Assembly (NCBI GenBank): GCA_043228905.1
Contig: JBHGNT010000012.1
Location: 15,438,001-15,502,000, forward strand
DNA from: Azolla caroliniana
Lineage: Eukaryota > Plantae > Polypodiophyta
Reading direction: 5' to 3'
DNA length: 64,000 nt
Of the stretch, positions 50,449-62,301 are shown in pieces; the stretch's first letter is position 1; every line of letters begins with the position of its first letter. A program made the position numbers and the translations under genes. The notes beneath the pieces are model-generated. The model searched no databases. It was not told the DNA's origin and worked only from the letters and a program-made list of their open reading frames with translations.

Positions 50449-52642
50449 TATCACAAACACACCAACCGCGGTCTTGGATGCAACACGGATGATGGGGCTA
50501 CGAGCGACGAGCTGTGAACTTAGAGCTAGAAGTCACGAGGTTAGAAACTCGAGAATGACGAAAGAGAATGAAGAAAGAGATAACGATGAAATAGACAAGA
50601 TGGGGTGAAATGAGAATACTAGATTGATGTGTCAATGACTGGTGTTGAATCCCTTGAAAGGGACTAACAAGGTTACAAGTATTTATACTATGAATTGAAG
50701 TATATGTGTTAGAATATTCTCGAGAATATTTGGGAGAATATTCTAGAACCCTCTAGAACCTTCTAGTTCTAGAACTTTCTAAAAACTCCTACCACTTGAA
50801 ATAGATAATCTAGTAATAATATGCTAAGATATACAGAACTTGACTATGTAGGTGGATTTGTTGGTTAGAACATAACACTTGACTATATACAAGAGGTGAT
50901 GAGTTCGAATCTTGACATCACTATCGTTATGTCAGTGACATTATCCTCCTCTTTACGATTGCCTTTTCAGAAGCATAGTGTAGGGAAGAGCTTAAAGAGA
51001 AAACTAGAGAAGGTTGAGGAGTGGCTAACCATGTGCGGTCCTCACCGGAGACACGAACAACAACGGTGTGAGCGACTATGTGCGGTCCTCACTGGAGACA
51101 CGAACACCAACGGGGGTGAGTGACCATGTGTGGTCCTCACCGAAACACGAACACCAACAGACGTGAGCGACCATGTGTGGTCCTCACCGGAGACACGAAC
51201 ACCAATGGATGTGAGCGATCATGTGTGGTCCTCACCAGAGACACGAACACCAACAGGCGTAAGTGACCATGTGTGGTCCTCACCGGAGACTTGGACACAA
51301 TCGGGCGTGAGGGACCATGTGCGGTCCTCAACGGGAACTAGGACACCAATGAACGTGAGAGACCATGTGCGGTCCTCACCGGAATTGGGACACCAATGGG
51401 TGTGAGCGACCATGTGTGGTCCTCACCGGAGGCTGGCAGGCCAATGGGCATGAGCGTACCATATGCGGTCCTCCCCGGGAACTTGGACACTTGACATCGA
51501 TGAAGGTTAGGCAAAGTAGTGTTGATGACGACACCACGAGGTGTTGAAGATGATGATGTCAAAGACGAAGCAATGAAGACAATGATGTTGAGGAAGCATC
51601 TCTGGAAGCAATGACTATGACTATGGCAATGATGGAAACAGAGAAGTAGATGAAGAGGATAAGAAACACACAGAGATCGAGACGTTGAGGATAAAAAGAA
51701 ACACAAAGATAGATATATAAGGGATGATAGAAAACACAATGACAGGGACAAAGATTATGAGAAATACATAGATAGGGATGATGATGATAAGAAACACATA
51801 GATAGAGATGAAAACGGTAGGAAACACAAGGAGAAGGATGACAATCACAAAAAACGCAGAGATAGGGATGTGGAAGATGATAAGAAGCGCAAAAGGTAGG
51901 GATGATGATGATAATAAACACAGATATAGATATGTGGAGGATGAGAAGAAACTAAAAAACAGAGACGATGATGAGCAGAAACTAAAAGACAGGGACAACG
52001 ATGAGAAGAAACTATGAGATAGAGATGGCGAGGAAGATAGGAAACGAAGGGATATTGATGACGGTAACTCTGGAATCAAGCATGGCAACGATGGTAATTA
52101 TAGAAGCAAGGTCAATGATGAAGACGGGTGATGCTTCTAGTTGGAAGGGATTCAAACTATCACGGACACATCAACCCTAGAATACGACAAATCATAGATA
52201 ACGAGACTATGACTGATAAGGTTACGAACGTGGAACTAGACGTGATGAGGCTAGAAACTTGGGAAGTTGGGAATGACGGGATGAGGAACTTAAGAAGGTA
52301 GGAACAATACAAGAGCATAAAGATAGATATGTAAATCAAGGAGAGAAGATGGGGCTAAAGAAGAATACTAGATTGATGTGTCAATGACTGGTGTTGAATC
52401 CCTTGAAAGGGACTAAGGAGGTTACAAGTATTTATACTACGAGTTGAAGTATATGTGTTAGAATATTCTAGAACCCTCTAGAACCTTCTAGTTCTAGAAC
52501 TTTCTAAAAACTCCTACAACTTGAAATAGATAATCTAGTAATAATATGCTAAGATATACAGAACTTGATTATGTAGTTGGATATGCTGGTTAGAACATAA
52601 CACTTGACTATATACAAGAGGTGATGAGTTCTAATCTTGACA
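50449..52642 (-). mobile_element. Non-autonomous LTR element (TRIM/LARD-like, ~2.2 kb) inserted in copia pol
   Basis: Direct repeats at 50449-50917 and 52158-52642; degenerate TSD ATACC/ATAGT. Removing the element restores copia KWI.KYLKGT. PPT-like GTAAAGAGGAGGATAA at 50941-50956; non-coding interior. Confidence 0.82.
51027..51480. repeat. ~48-bp tandem repeat, about 10 units
   Basis: Consensus approximately ACCATGTGTGGTCCTCACCGGAGACACGAACACCAACGGGTGTGAGCG. Confidence 0.92.
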
Positions 52643-53395
52643 ATAGTCAAGTATTTGAAAGGCACCTCGAGTATGTGCCTCCGGTTCGGCTCTGGTAATC
52701 CGCAACTTGATGGATTCATCGATTTTGATATGTCAGCTGATGTGGATACCAGTCGGTCTACATCCGGATATGTCATGACTTATGCAAGGGGAGCTGTTTC
52801 ATGGCAGTCGAGGTTGGAGAAGACGGTTGCGCCGTCAATCACGGGGGCAGAGTACATGGCAGTTGTGGAAGCCAGCAAAGAGATAATCTGGATGAAGGAC
52901 TTCATCCGAGAGCTAGGGACCCAACAAGAGGAATACTGGTTTTACTGCGACAGTAAAGTGCCATCCACCTTGCAATGAACACAACCTACCATTCCCGGAC
53001 AAAACATATCCAACGGAGGTACCACTGGATCTGGGAGAGAGTAGAAGATCAAGAGTTCGTGTGGACGAAGATTCACACAGAGGAGAGAACGGGTTGGATA
53101 TGCTGACCAAGGTCTTGACAACCGACAAGCTGGACGCGTGCCGAAAGCGGATCGAGCTGGCGAGACATCCTATGCCGGAGTGAAGGGGGAGATTGTTGGG
53201 AAATTAGTCCCTCCAGATGGGATCGGGTTATGAATGAAGAGGACCCGTTGAGAACCGGAAGAGAAGACATATTTGTAAATATGTTTTGAGTAAGCCTATT
53301 GAGGCTATATTTGTAAATATAACTTAGGGCAATTACAGAGTGTGGTAGTTGTTGTTGTCATATTGTTGTATGTGCCTAATTGTTGTATAGAGAGT

Positions 53396-53436
<41 letters not shown>

Positions 53437-53714
53437 TACAGAGCAATACTCTGTTGTAACCACCGCTCGGCGAAGAAATAGAGCTCGAGGTCGTTGCCTA
53501 CGAGTCTCTGATTGTACCTATATCATATAGTGATAGTTTGGAGTCCGTGGGCTTCCGTGGTTTCTCCCTATTAGGGTTTCCCACGTAAACATCCTGAGTA
53601 CTCTCTATTGCTTGTGTGTGTACGTGCGTTCACTCTCTATTTCCCATTTCTGTGTTTCATTCTCATTGAAGTGATTCATTACTCGGTTGTGGCCGACCAA
53701 TATTCCACGTTGTT

Positions 53715-54858
53715 CTCTACCTATTCAACCCCAAGATATTATTAGTCAACATTGAGGTGCCAATTGACTCCATCGATAAGAAATCTTGATACTCATAAGC
53801 ATGTTATCCCCAACATACCTTTGATCCGTTAAGCAAGAGCCCTTCCACACGGGTCTCTTGGATCACTATGGTTGACTTTCATCCTTGCTCGACTAGTAAG
53901 TCTTACAGTCAAGCAAGCTTATACCATTACGCTCACAAGCTGTCAAAATTTTAGCTTGAGCCTACCTTCACACACCTCCATTACTCTTTGGGAAGCATTC
54001 GCCCCAGATTAACGACGGTTAGGCATCCAATGACGAGAGAGTGGTATTTCAAGATTGGTGACGACAATGCGTGCCATCACCTCCCATCTATCCTACACAT
54101 TAAATCAAGGATGTTACCACAAAGGTATAGTAAAGGTGCACGGGTTCTTACCATCTAGCCGTTAGTACTCCGCATCTTCATGGAGAATTCAATTTCACTA
54201 AGTCCATGTTGGAGATAGCGAGGTAGTCGTTACACCATTCATGTAGGTCGCTACTTATGCGACAAGGAATTTCGTTACCTTAAGAAAATTCTAGAGTTAT
54301 TGTCGTCATTTACCGAGGCTTTCATTCAAAGCTTATAACAATTCTCCTTTTTACCTTCCAACATCAGGTAAGCAGCATATTCTATACGTCGTGTTACCAC
54401 TTAGGAGAGTCCTGTGTTTTTAATAAACGATCACTTTCCTAATCCTTCAATAGGAGAGCACCCTTTTTCCCGAAGTTACGGGGCCATTTTTCGAAGTTCC
54501 TTCAACATGGTTCTCTCAAGCACCTTAGTATAATACCCTACTTGTTCATTTGTGTCAGTTTGGGGTACAGTTGGTTTTGTTTCAATTTTGAATCGTCCTC
54601 CGAATTCCACGAAGTTTTTCCTCAGCAGTTGAAACACTGTGTAAAGCAGGGGTAACCTTGTAACTCCCAGCCCAATCATCCAATTCATGAGTTTAACAAG
54701 CACACATGGTTCATTAGTAAAAGCAACTTCATGGCTTTCGTGTACCCATCAAACGTTGCCCTTTCGAGGTTCTTTAGGGACCGATTCACTCTACGTAGAT
54801 TGAATGCAGAAACTCTGGAATTGGCAGGCGATCATGCTTTTCATAACACGTTCGCGTT
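53715..54858 (-). pseudogene. Decayed LSU rRNA fragment, probably mitochondrial rrn26 (NUMT)
   Basis: Mutated antisense LSU landmarks: (GCCGACATCG)AGGTGCCAA, GACAAGGAATTTCG..ACCTTA, GTAAAGGTGCACGGG and CCCGAAGTTACGGGG. Many C>T/G>A transitions and deletions. Confidence 0.85.
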
Positions 54859-55212
54859 CACAAGTGGAAGGATTGCGCATAAATTGAAGGATAAGGAATA
54901 TTTTGATTGATTTTAGTACTTTTTCAATGTTTTTACAAAACACATTGATACCAGTATCATAAATGTTCAAATATACTATGAAAAAGGTTAAAAATCCACT
55001 ATTTTCGTGATTAAGAAATAAATAAAAAACGAGGAATTTCAAAAAGTTACATTCTCAATTTATATCACAAACTTTACAACCAATGTTATTTTATATGAAA
55101 CGATTTTTTAGAAATCATAAGAATTAAAAACACATGATTTTATATTACTCGATTTGTTACAAGCGGAATGTAGTTACACTTAATAGCCAAAAATACATTC
55201 ATGATCACTCCT

Positions 55213-58035
55213 TTACGGAGAATCACTACTATAACTAATATAAAATGATGATTCCTCCTTGTCATCCTCGGATGTACCAATGAGTGCATTATCTTCTTCA
55301 TACACCAAATGGTTTGACTCTAGATTATATGTAGCAGATCTCGTTTGCCTTTGACTCGAGCCACCTTGTAGACCTGGTAATTTTTCTTTTATTATATCTA
55401 TTGTTGACTTCCTTAATCGTCTGGCTTTTGTAAGCGTGAAGTCATACACGATGATATCCACATCAGAGATATCAAGGGTCGAGGTGTTACGAATGTTTCG
55501 CTTCCGCTTCCTACCTCCCCTTGTCGTTGGGCATTCAATCATCTCCAATGTATACTTACCCGTAAAAGCATTTGCACTTCTAGTGTTGTACCAATGAACG
55601 TTTATAGACTTGATTGTGTTTTCTATTTCATGCATTAGCACTTCTAGAATTTTACCAACCCAAAATTGGTGGCCATGTGAGTTCTCATCAATCGGCATTG
55701 CAATCAACATCCCCGCCGCGAGCTCTTGCAAATTGCCTTGCCATCTAGCTTCGGCTGCTTTGGTCATCCTTGGTCCCACATAAATGTCTCTTTATTGTGG
55801 ATGGACCAAACTGTCATTAATCACACTTGCTGGTTGCTCCGGAGTTTTATTTACACGATCATGTTGTAGCGACCATGTGAATGGTGTTTCCAAATTCCAA
55901 TTATCACCAAATACACAATTGTCTATAATTCATTTCTGATCACTAAAAAATACATCCCACCATGACGTATCTTGTTATGTAGCATATTTCTTTGCGACCT
56001 CAATATGCTTTCTTTTTTCTTCTAAGGCTTGGAGCCATAATTGTTTTTGTTCTGATACCATGTCACTATGCCACTTTCCTTTCTTCTCAATTGGCATTTG
56101 TTTAGCTACATGGACAATTGTACTTGGCATACAAAGTAATAACTGGCAACCACCTTCAGGTTCCCATGTTGTAGAAGATGAATATTGTTTAGCATACAAA
56201 AGCATAGAACCACTTATTTCATTTTTCTTTATCATAAAAATGTGATTGAACCTTATATTGTTTAACTGGGCGAGCACTTTAACATTCCCAACACCCCCAT
56301 CTGATATATATCTCTTAAAGTTATATACCTCCAAGTGTAACACTTTTGGGTGTGGAGTATATGCATCACAAATGACATCAAATGGTTTTGGTAATATGAA
56401 AGCATCATGCCGAGACAACTGTCTGGAGAATGTGTTAAACATCTGATCTATATGATCATTTGTGTGGTCAACCAAAAGAAAATTGACTTTCATTTTTCTA
56501 AACAATCCTTGGTTGACCAACATACTTAGATAGCCAAACACAATTGAATTTTTGTTCTCTCTAGCAGTATTGTCCAATTGAATGTGTAGAACAGGGGGGA
56601 ACGGATGGCCCCAAGACTTCAAAACTCGATGAATCACTGTAACTGTTAGGTTAGGGTCATTGTGAACATTGGGTTATATAATGAAGACGTGAGGTCTAAC
56701 AGACCTATTATAAGCCAAGCATCCCACCAAGTGCATTTGAACAAGTTACTCTTCATTGATGTCTTTGGGCAGCTTCCGCATATGCGGTAAGCACATCTTC
56801 TTCTGGTCCATGCCATCTATCATTAAGCACATGTATTGTTCGGGCCTCTTCAAACACTTCTCTCTATGATGCATCGCCTTCTTTCGTTCTAACAATTGTG
56901 CCTCACGATGCTCCTGTAGTAACTTCTTACTCATATCCTTTTCCATTGATGTCTTTGCACCTTTAGCCAAACTTTTAAGATTTGCACAAATGGAGCAATA
57001 CCCCATGGGTACATTACGTGGAATGATAACATTTGAAAACTGAGCTCTCCATAAGCTTGTGAATTAGCTATATGTGATAGATTTATTGCGTGAGCCCACC
57101 ATATTTGATTGATAGACATCATAAACTTCTCGACGTGTGTAATTATCAAAGAGGTGCATCCTACCTGTCGTGGGCATTACTTCACAATTTAGCTGAAAGT
57201 AACTTTTCATCCAACCAATAGCATGTCTTCCAATTGCACCTTTCATACTTGGAACCTCTTTACAATTGAGCATCTGATCCCCGCTAAGTAGACGTTGTTG
57301 TACTCTATGTAGCTGCATGTTACTAACACATAATGCAATTTTGAAGGCAACTCTACATATCTGTTGTGCATGGAAGATATAATACTCGAATGATACTTTG
57401 ATCCCCGTACATTTGTCAGACACTAGTTGCATATATGACCCGAGGTAAGTGTCTTGCTCATCACTAGTCATCGAAAAATAGTATCGTCTTAATTCTCGCA
57501 ACTTTGATTTTCCAATCATAGACATACAACCACGGACACAACATAGTTTGTTGACATCAAATCCAATCTGCTTATCTGATGTCACCAAGTTAAATCTGGC
57601 TAGAAGAATTCTACGTGGGATTCTTCTAATATGCATAGGGCTTCTAGATTTCTCTTCCTGCATAGAAGTTGGGGTAACCTTGTTACAATCCAATTCTTTG
57701 TTGTGACCATCACCCATGATATTCGATGTTTCATTGGCACTACCTTCATTCTTCGTATCTTTATTAATATCGTATTCTTCAATAGAGAACTCTTCACATG
57801 TGTCATTATTCACATGTGTTGTAGGTGAAGATGAGCTCAGACAATACTCTTCGATAGAAATGGGTGAGTCTGTCGACAGACAATATTCTTCGATAGAAAA
57901 TGGTGAGTCTGTCGACAGACAATATTCTTCGATAGAAAATGGTGAGTCTGTCGACAGACAATACTCTTCGGTAGAAAACGAAGAGTCTGATGACAAACAA
58001 TATTCTTCAATCGAGAACGGTGAGTCTTCACTCAT
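55213..58035 (-). pseudogene. Sola-superfamily DDD transposase (fragmented)
   Basis: Cys motifs CCVRGC, ICRVAF and CSIC; catalytic-region motifs MIDGMDQKK, LHIQLDNTARENKN and FLLVDHTNDHIDQMF. Four colinear ORF pieces are separated by stops and frameshifts. Confidence 0.8.
57836..58030 (-). repeat. 39-bp in-frame tandem repeat, 5 units (SPFSIEEYCLSTD)
   Basis: Visible in both the DNA and the N-terminus of ORF 57064-58035. Confidence 0.92.
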
Positions 58036-58807
58036 GCCTTAAGGTCCACACAGAGCTCTTCAAGTTATGTGCTTGGGCTAATATAAAAAACTAATAAGCT
58101 CCTCTCTAAACATAAACTCCCTCAATATAATGTCTATATTATTTAAAAGTATATTAATACAATTAATAAAGATATTATTTTTAATATAATAAATTTATTC
58201 AACATATTAACAATTACTTAAACTAGTCAGTATAAAGTCGAATCAATTATATTTTATACCTTATTAATCCTATAATATATAATTTAAATTAAATTTACTT
58301 TAGCCATGAAGTATAATATAATTACAATCATTACCAAGCCATATATATGTTAGTTTAAAGTTAAAATCATTGGTTAATTAACGGCACCATAATTAATATA
58401 GAACTTCTCAATCATTGGTTCATTCATGGCCACATCTTTAATACAAAACATTAGAGAGTCATAAAAACGTTGCTTTGAGTATTCAATCATTGGTTCATTC
58501 ATGAACCTCTATCATTGTTTTATTTATGACCTTCAAAGGCATTGTATGTTAGTTTGAGTATAAAATAATCATTAATATGTTAGTTTGAGTATTTAATCAT
58601 TGATTGATTCATAAGCATCATTTAATTCAAATCCATTAGAGAGTCATTGGTAGATTAAAGATTATGTACTAAATAAAGTGTACTTACATCTAAGAAAAAA
58701 ATGTTCCAAGGTCAAAGAAACTCTTTCTTAGGTCTAACTAACTAGCCTTAAGCTTACCAACCCTGGTTAAAGTAATTGTGGTTACTGTAACCATAGTGGT
58801 CAATCCC

Positions 58808-58815
58808 TATAAATA
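58808..58815 (+). promoter_or_regulatory. TATA box of the ParB-MTase gene
   Basis: TATAAATA, ~120 nt upstream of ATG 58932, at the end of an AT-rich divergent spacer. Confidence 0.55.
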
Positions 58816-59014
58816 GGAAGACCTCCTCATTTCGCAATCACTCACGCGTAGAACAAAGCACACGAGCATAAACAACCCATAGCATGCAACACCAAATCGT
58901 CATCTCCCCGTAAGCATCGACAACGAGAATCATGTCTTCGAAGAAGATCATGCGCCAAGAATCCAGGTAAGCGCCTGACAGTACGAACATTTTCGTAAAT
59001 ATGTTTTAGCACTC

Positions 59015-59250
59015 AAGAACTCAATACGCCATATCGAGTTCCTGTATAAAGTGGGGGTTTTATACAGGAACTCGATACGGCATATCGAGTTCCTGTTTAA
59101 AGTTTGTGTTTTATGCAGGGTTTAGTTCCTGTTTAAAGTTTGTGTTATATACAGGAACTCGATACGTCGTATTGAGTTCCTATTTAAAGTTTGCGTTTCA
59201 TACATGAACTGGGTACGTCGTATCGAGTTACTATATAAAACAAAAACTTT
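59015..59250. repeat. Array of alternating inverted repeats in intron 1
   Basis: Perfect 19-bp arms at 59032-59050 and 59059-59077 (TATCGAGTTCCTGTATAAA), followed by further degenerate copies in both orientations. Confidence 0.85.
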
Positions 59251-61975
59251 AAACGAGAATATTGTGTTTTTGGGGGAACATTTTGGTATATGTGTGAAAA
59301 GATACCAAATTTATGTCCAATTCAGACTTTTTAAGTGACATTTGCTACATTTTGTAACATTTAGCGCCCTTATTGAAAAAGGTTTTATGACCTATAACAG
59401 CTTAAAATAATAGAAAATAACCCACGAATTACCTTTATGATACCAAATTCAAGTCTATCGTATTAAAATTCTCAACAATATGAGATATGGAATCAATATA
59501 AGCCATACCTACCTTCCAATATGATACATATCCTTGTATAATTATTAAGATATATAATATTTGAAGTTGAATAGCCCTTACTAGATTTAAATTCACAATA
59601 AAGTTCTATCATGTTCACAGAAAATACGATTGATATTTAGAGTTTAGCACAAATCGCTTGCTAGTTTTTGTCTTGGTCTTCTTATGTATATTTTAATATG
59701 CAACCTTAATCTAGGCAACCAACTAACTTATATTTTCGCACTTCCTTTCTTAAATAGGTCGTTTGAGAACTTGTCGAACCAACTTGTGAAGAAAATAAAG
59801 CTCTGAATTCAAGGCTCTCCAATTGAGACCCAAAAACAAATTGCTCCTTAGAACATGAAGAGAGGAAAAAAGCTTCTCTTCAATGAGGAGACAAAATCTC
59901 AACCATCCGATGATGTTAGCCAAAAGAAAATGTTAGCTGCTACTGGTGGTGATGACCTTCCTGAACGTGATCTAAGGGACAAGGAATGGTGTATGCAGTA
60001 CATCGACTCCAACAAAAAAGTCGTGTGTATACTGCAATGAAGAAGGGCGACGCTCAGCTTGAAAGTGACACTGCATTTATGTATGGCCGTATTCTATGAT
60101 TTGACTATGAAGATTTAGATTCAGCCAACATTCTTGTAATGATAGAGTGCTCGAAGGGGGTACGTAAACTGTACCTTTCTGAAGATCGACTAGTAAAGGA
60201 ATCTTGTGTGCCAAAATCTTTTAAAAAAGATCTACAATGCTCACAAAACCTTATTGCCACCTTGAGGCCTTATATATAAGGCCATTTAACTCTAAGGGAG
60301 CCCTTTCCCTCCCCAGTGAAGGCCCCGAAAAAGGCATCTAAAGTGCAATCAAGACCAACAAAAAAGAAGACCACTAAAATGTCGGACTCCGACTCATCAA
60401 GCTCAACCAAAGATGAGGACACTAGGGGGACGCCCGGTGTTGAGCTGGCATTTGGTGTGTTGTCATCCGAGCAGATATGGAGAGAGTTATCGTAGCGTAA
60501 ATTGGTAAGAAAGGGCAAGTGTTTAATTTTCCTATAACACACATCCATCGACCCCTAGTAGATGTAAAAATAGGACGAAGACCACTTGAGATCAGAGAGC
60601 CACACCGAATGCATGTTCAGAATGTCAAGAAAAAAATGAAAATAAATCTGCATGCTACAGTTGTGCCTTTCATTGTGATGGTAGATCCCGAAGAATGTTC
60701 CACAAATGAGGACCTCGACGTGAGAAAGCATGATCAATACAATTACTTTGTAATTGGTGGATCACATTCAGCTGAAGCACGCCGACAACTTGTTAGAGAG
60801 CACCCAATGACTTTCTTCTTCAAGTATGCTGAGTGCAAAATATACGTGGGCCTCACAACTGAAGAGGCAAAGCTTTTGGCATGGGACCACAACAACGACA
60901 ACGACTATAGGCAAAAAATGTCATCTATTGAACGGATAAGGTTCTTCCACCATGAATACTTGGACGTCAAACAAAAGTTTGGTGTGAAACTACACCCCGG
61001 CCTACGACGTTAATGCCTTCATGAGGTCGACATTGTGGTGGATGATAATGTTAAGTCGGATGGTCTTCAGAAATATGAGTCCTGGTTTCAAGTTGCCTTT
61101 AGAGATGGAGAAGTATGGGACCTACAAGATCAAATCTTCTCAATGTGGGAGAATAAGGAGGTCAAGGGTCAACGACAAAAGAAATGTAAGGTAGACCCTC
61201 AACTAGAAGCGACCAAGAAAATTGATTTGACAATTGAAGAAGCGGCTGATGAAATAAAGTTGTCTCTGTGGAGAGCTATGCCCGGTATTAAGGATGAGCA
61301 ACTTCTTGTGTCTATTTTGTCAAGGGTTGTGGTGAAAGATTTAACCCTTGAAGAAATGGTCATTGAGTTCAATAAGTAAGTCTTTCAAATAGTGATATTG
61401 AATTCAGTATGGTGCAATTGAAAGTTATAATCTCGTTTTCTAATTTCACAGTCATAAGGTGTACATGAAGATCCAAGAAGTTATGATGAAACAACTTGGA
61501 TGCATAACTTGGGAACAAGTGACCCAAGATTATCCTCTAATGTCTTCATATAAGACGTTATCCAAGTATTTTATTGCATTCAAGGATTGGGTTAGTATTG
61601 GCGTTTCTCATTAAGTTTTCCTCATATGTAGAAGTTGTGTAATAATACCTGATGTCTTATTTCTTCTGTTAGAAACTGTGTCGTGGAAAGAAACAAGGAG
61701 AAGTTAAGGATATACACGATTTCCCGACATCCTTCCTTTGCACACCTCGAGAGAGCCATAAAAGAAAAGGATCGTCGCTTAGTCAAGGCATACAAAATTG
61801 AGGAAGATGGCTCCTTCAAAAAATTTAGCCACAAAAAGGACATTACAAGAGATCTTTACTACAACGTGATTTGTGGCGATGTCGTTGACATGATCCAAAA
61901 AGTGCCAAAGAAGGAATATACACTAATGATCGTTGATATTCCATATAGATTTCGAATAGTAGGGTCATCATACGA

Positions 61976-62301
61976 CGATGAACCTTTTAGGTTCAAACAG
62001 TTAGAGAAGATGGTCAAGGATTTTGCTGAGCTAACGACTGCATCCTTGTGGAGGATAGTTGTCTTTCATAGTATGGACCAAGGGTACTCGGTAGCTCAAG
62101 CTTTGAGATCTCGTTGCCATGGCATCGAGAACCTTGCACGATGAACCTTTTAGGTTCAAACAATTAGAGAAGATGGTCAATGATTTTGCTGAGCTAACTA
62201 TTGCATCCTTGTGGAGGATAGTTGTCTTTCATAGTATGGACCAAGGGTACTCGGTAGATCAAGCTTTGAGATCTCATTACCATGACATCGAGAACCTTGC
62301 A
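61976..62301 (+). repeat. 163-bp tandem duplication inside the MTase exon
   Basis: Units 61976-62138 and 62139-62301 both translate as DEPFRFKQLEKMV...IENLA. Confidence 0.92.

Larger units (their letters stand above)
45570..53712 (+). mobile_element. Decayed Ty1/copia element (Tnt1-like pol), disrupted by nested inserts
   Basis: PR/IN at 45720-47220 (FWAEA, CIFLGY), RT at 49390-50448 (QLDIKTTF, LYVDDML), RNase H at 52648-53180, PPT GAAGGGGGAGA at 53182-53192, and 3' LTR from 53194. Confidence 0.85.

Noticed and set aside
51027-51480. CRISPR-like look (conserved CCATGTG.GGTCCTCAC core with variable parts)
   Set aside because: The variable parts are homologous to each other, so this is a tandem repeat. 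No cas genes are present and the context is a eukaryotic TE.
51559-52088. Hydrophobic or charged ORFs that could be an env-like gene
   Set aside because: Translations of low-complexity GAT/AGA repeats with frequent stops.
53741-53751. AGTCAACA as the end of the copia 3' LTR
   Set aside because: Better explained as mutated rRNA (GAGCCGACATCGAGG); the LTR is truncated earlier.
53715-54858. Functional rRNA gene or bacterial contamination
   Set aside because: Partial, mutated at conserved positions with a transition bias, and embedded in nuclear TEs.
54860-55000. Sola left TIR
   Set aside because: The position is plausible, but no matching inverted copy is visible in the window, so it is not called.
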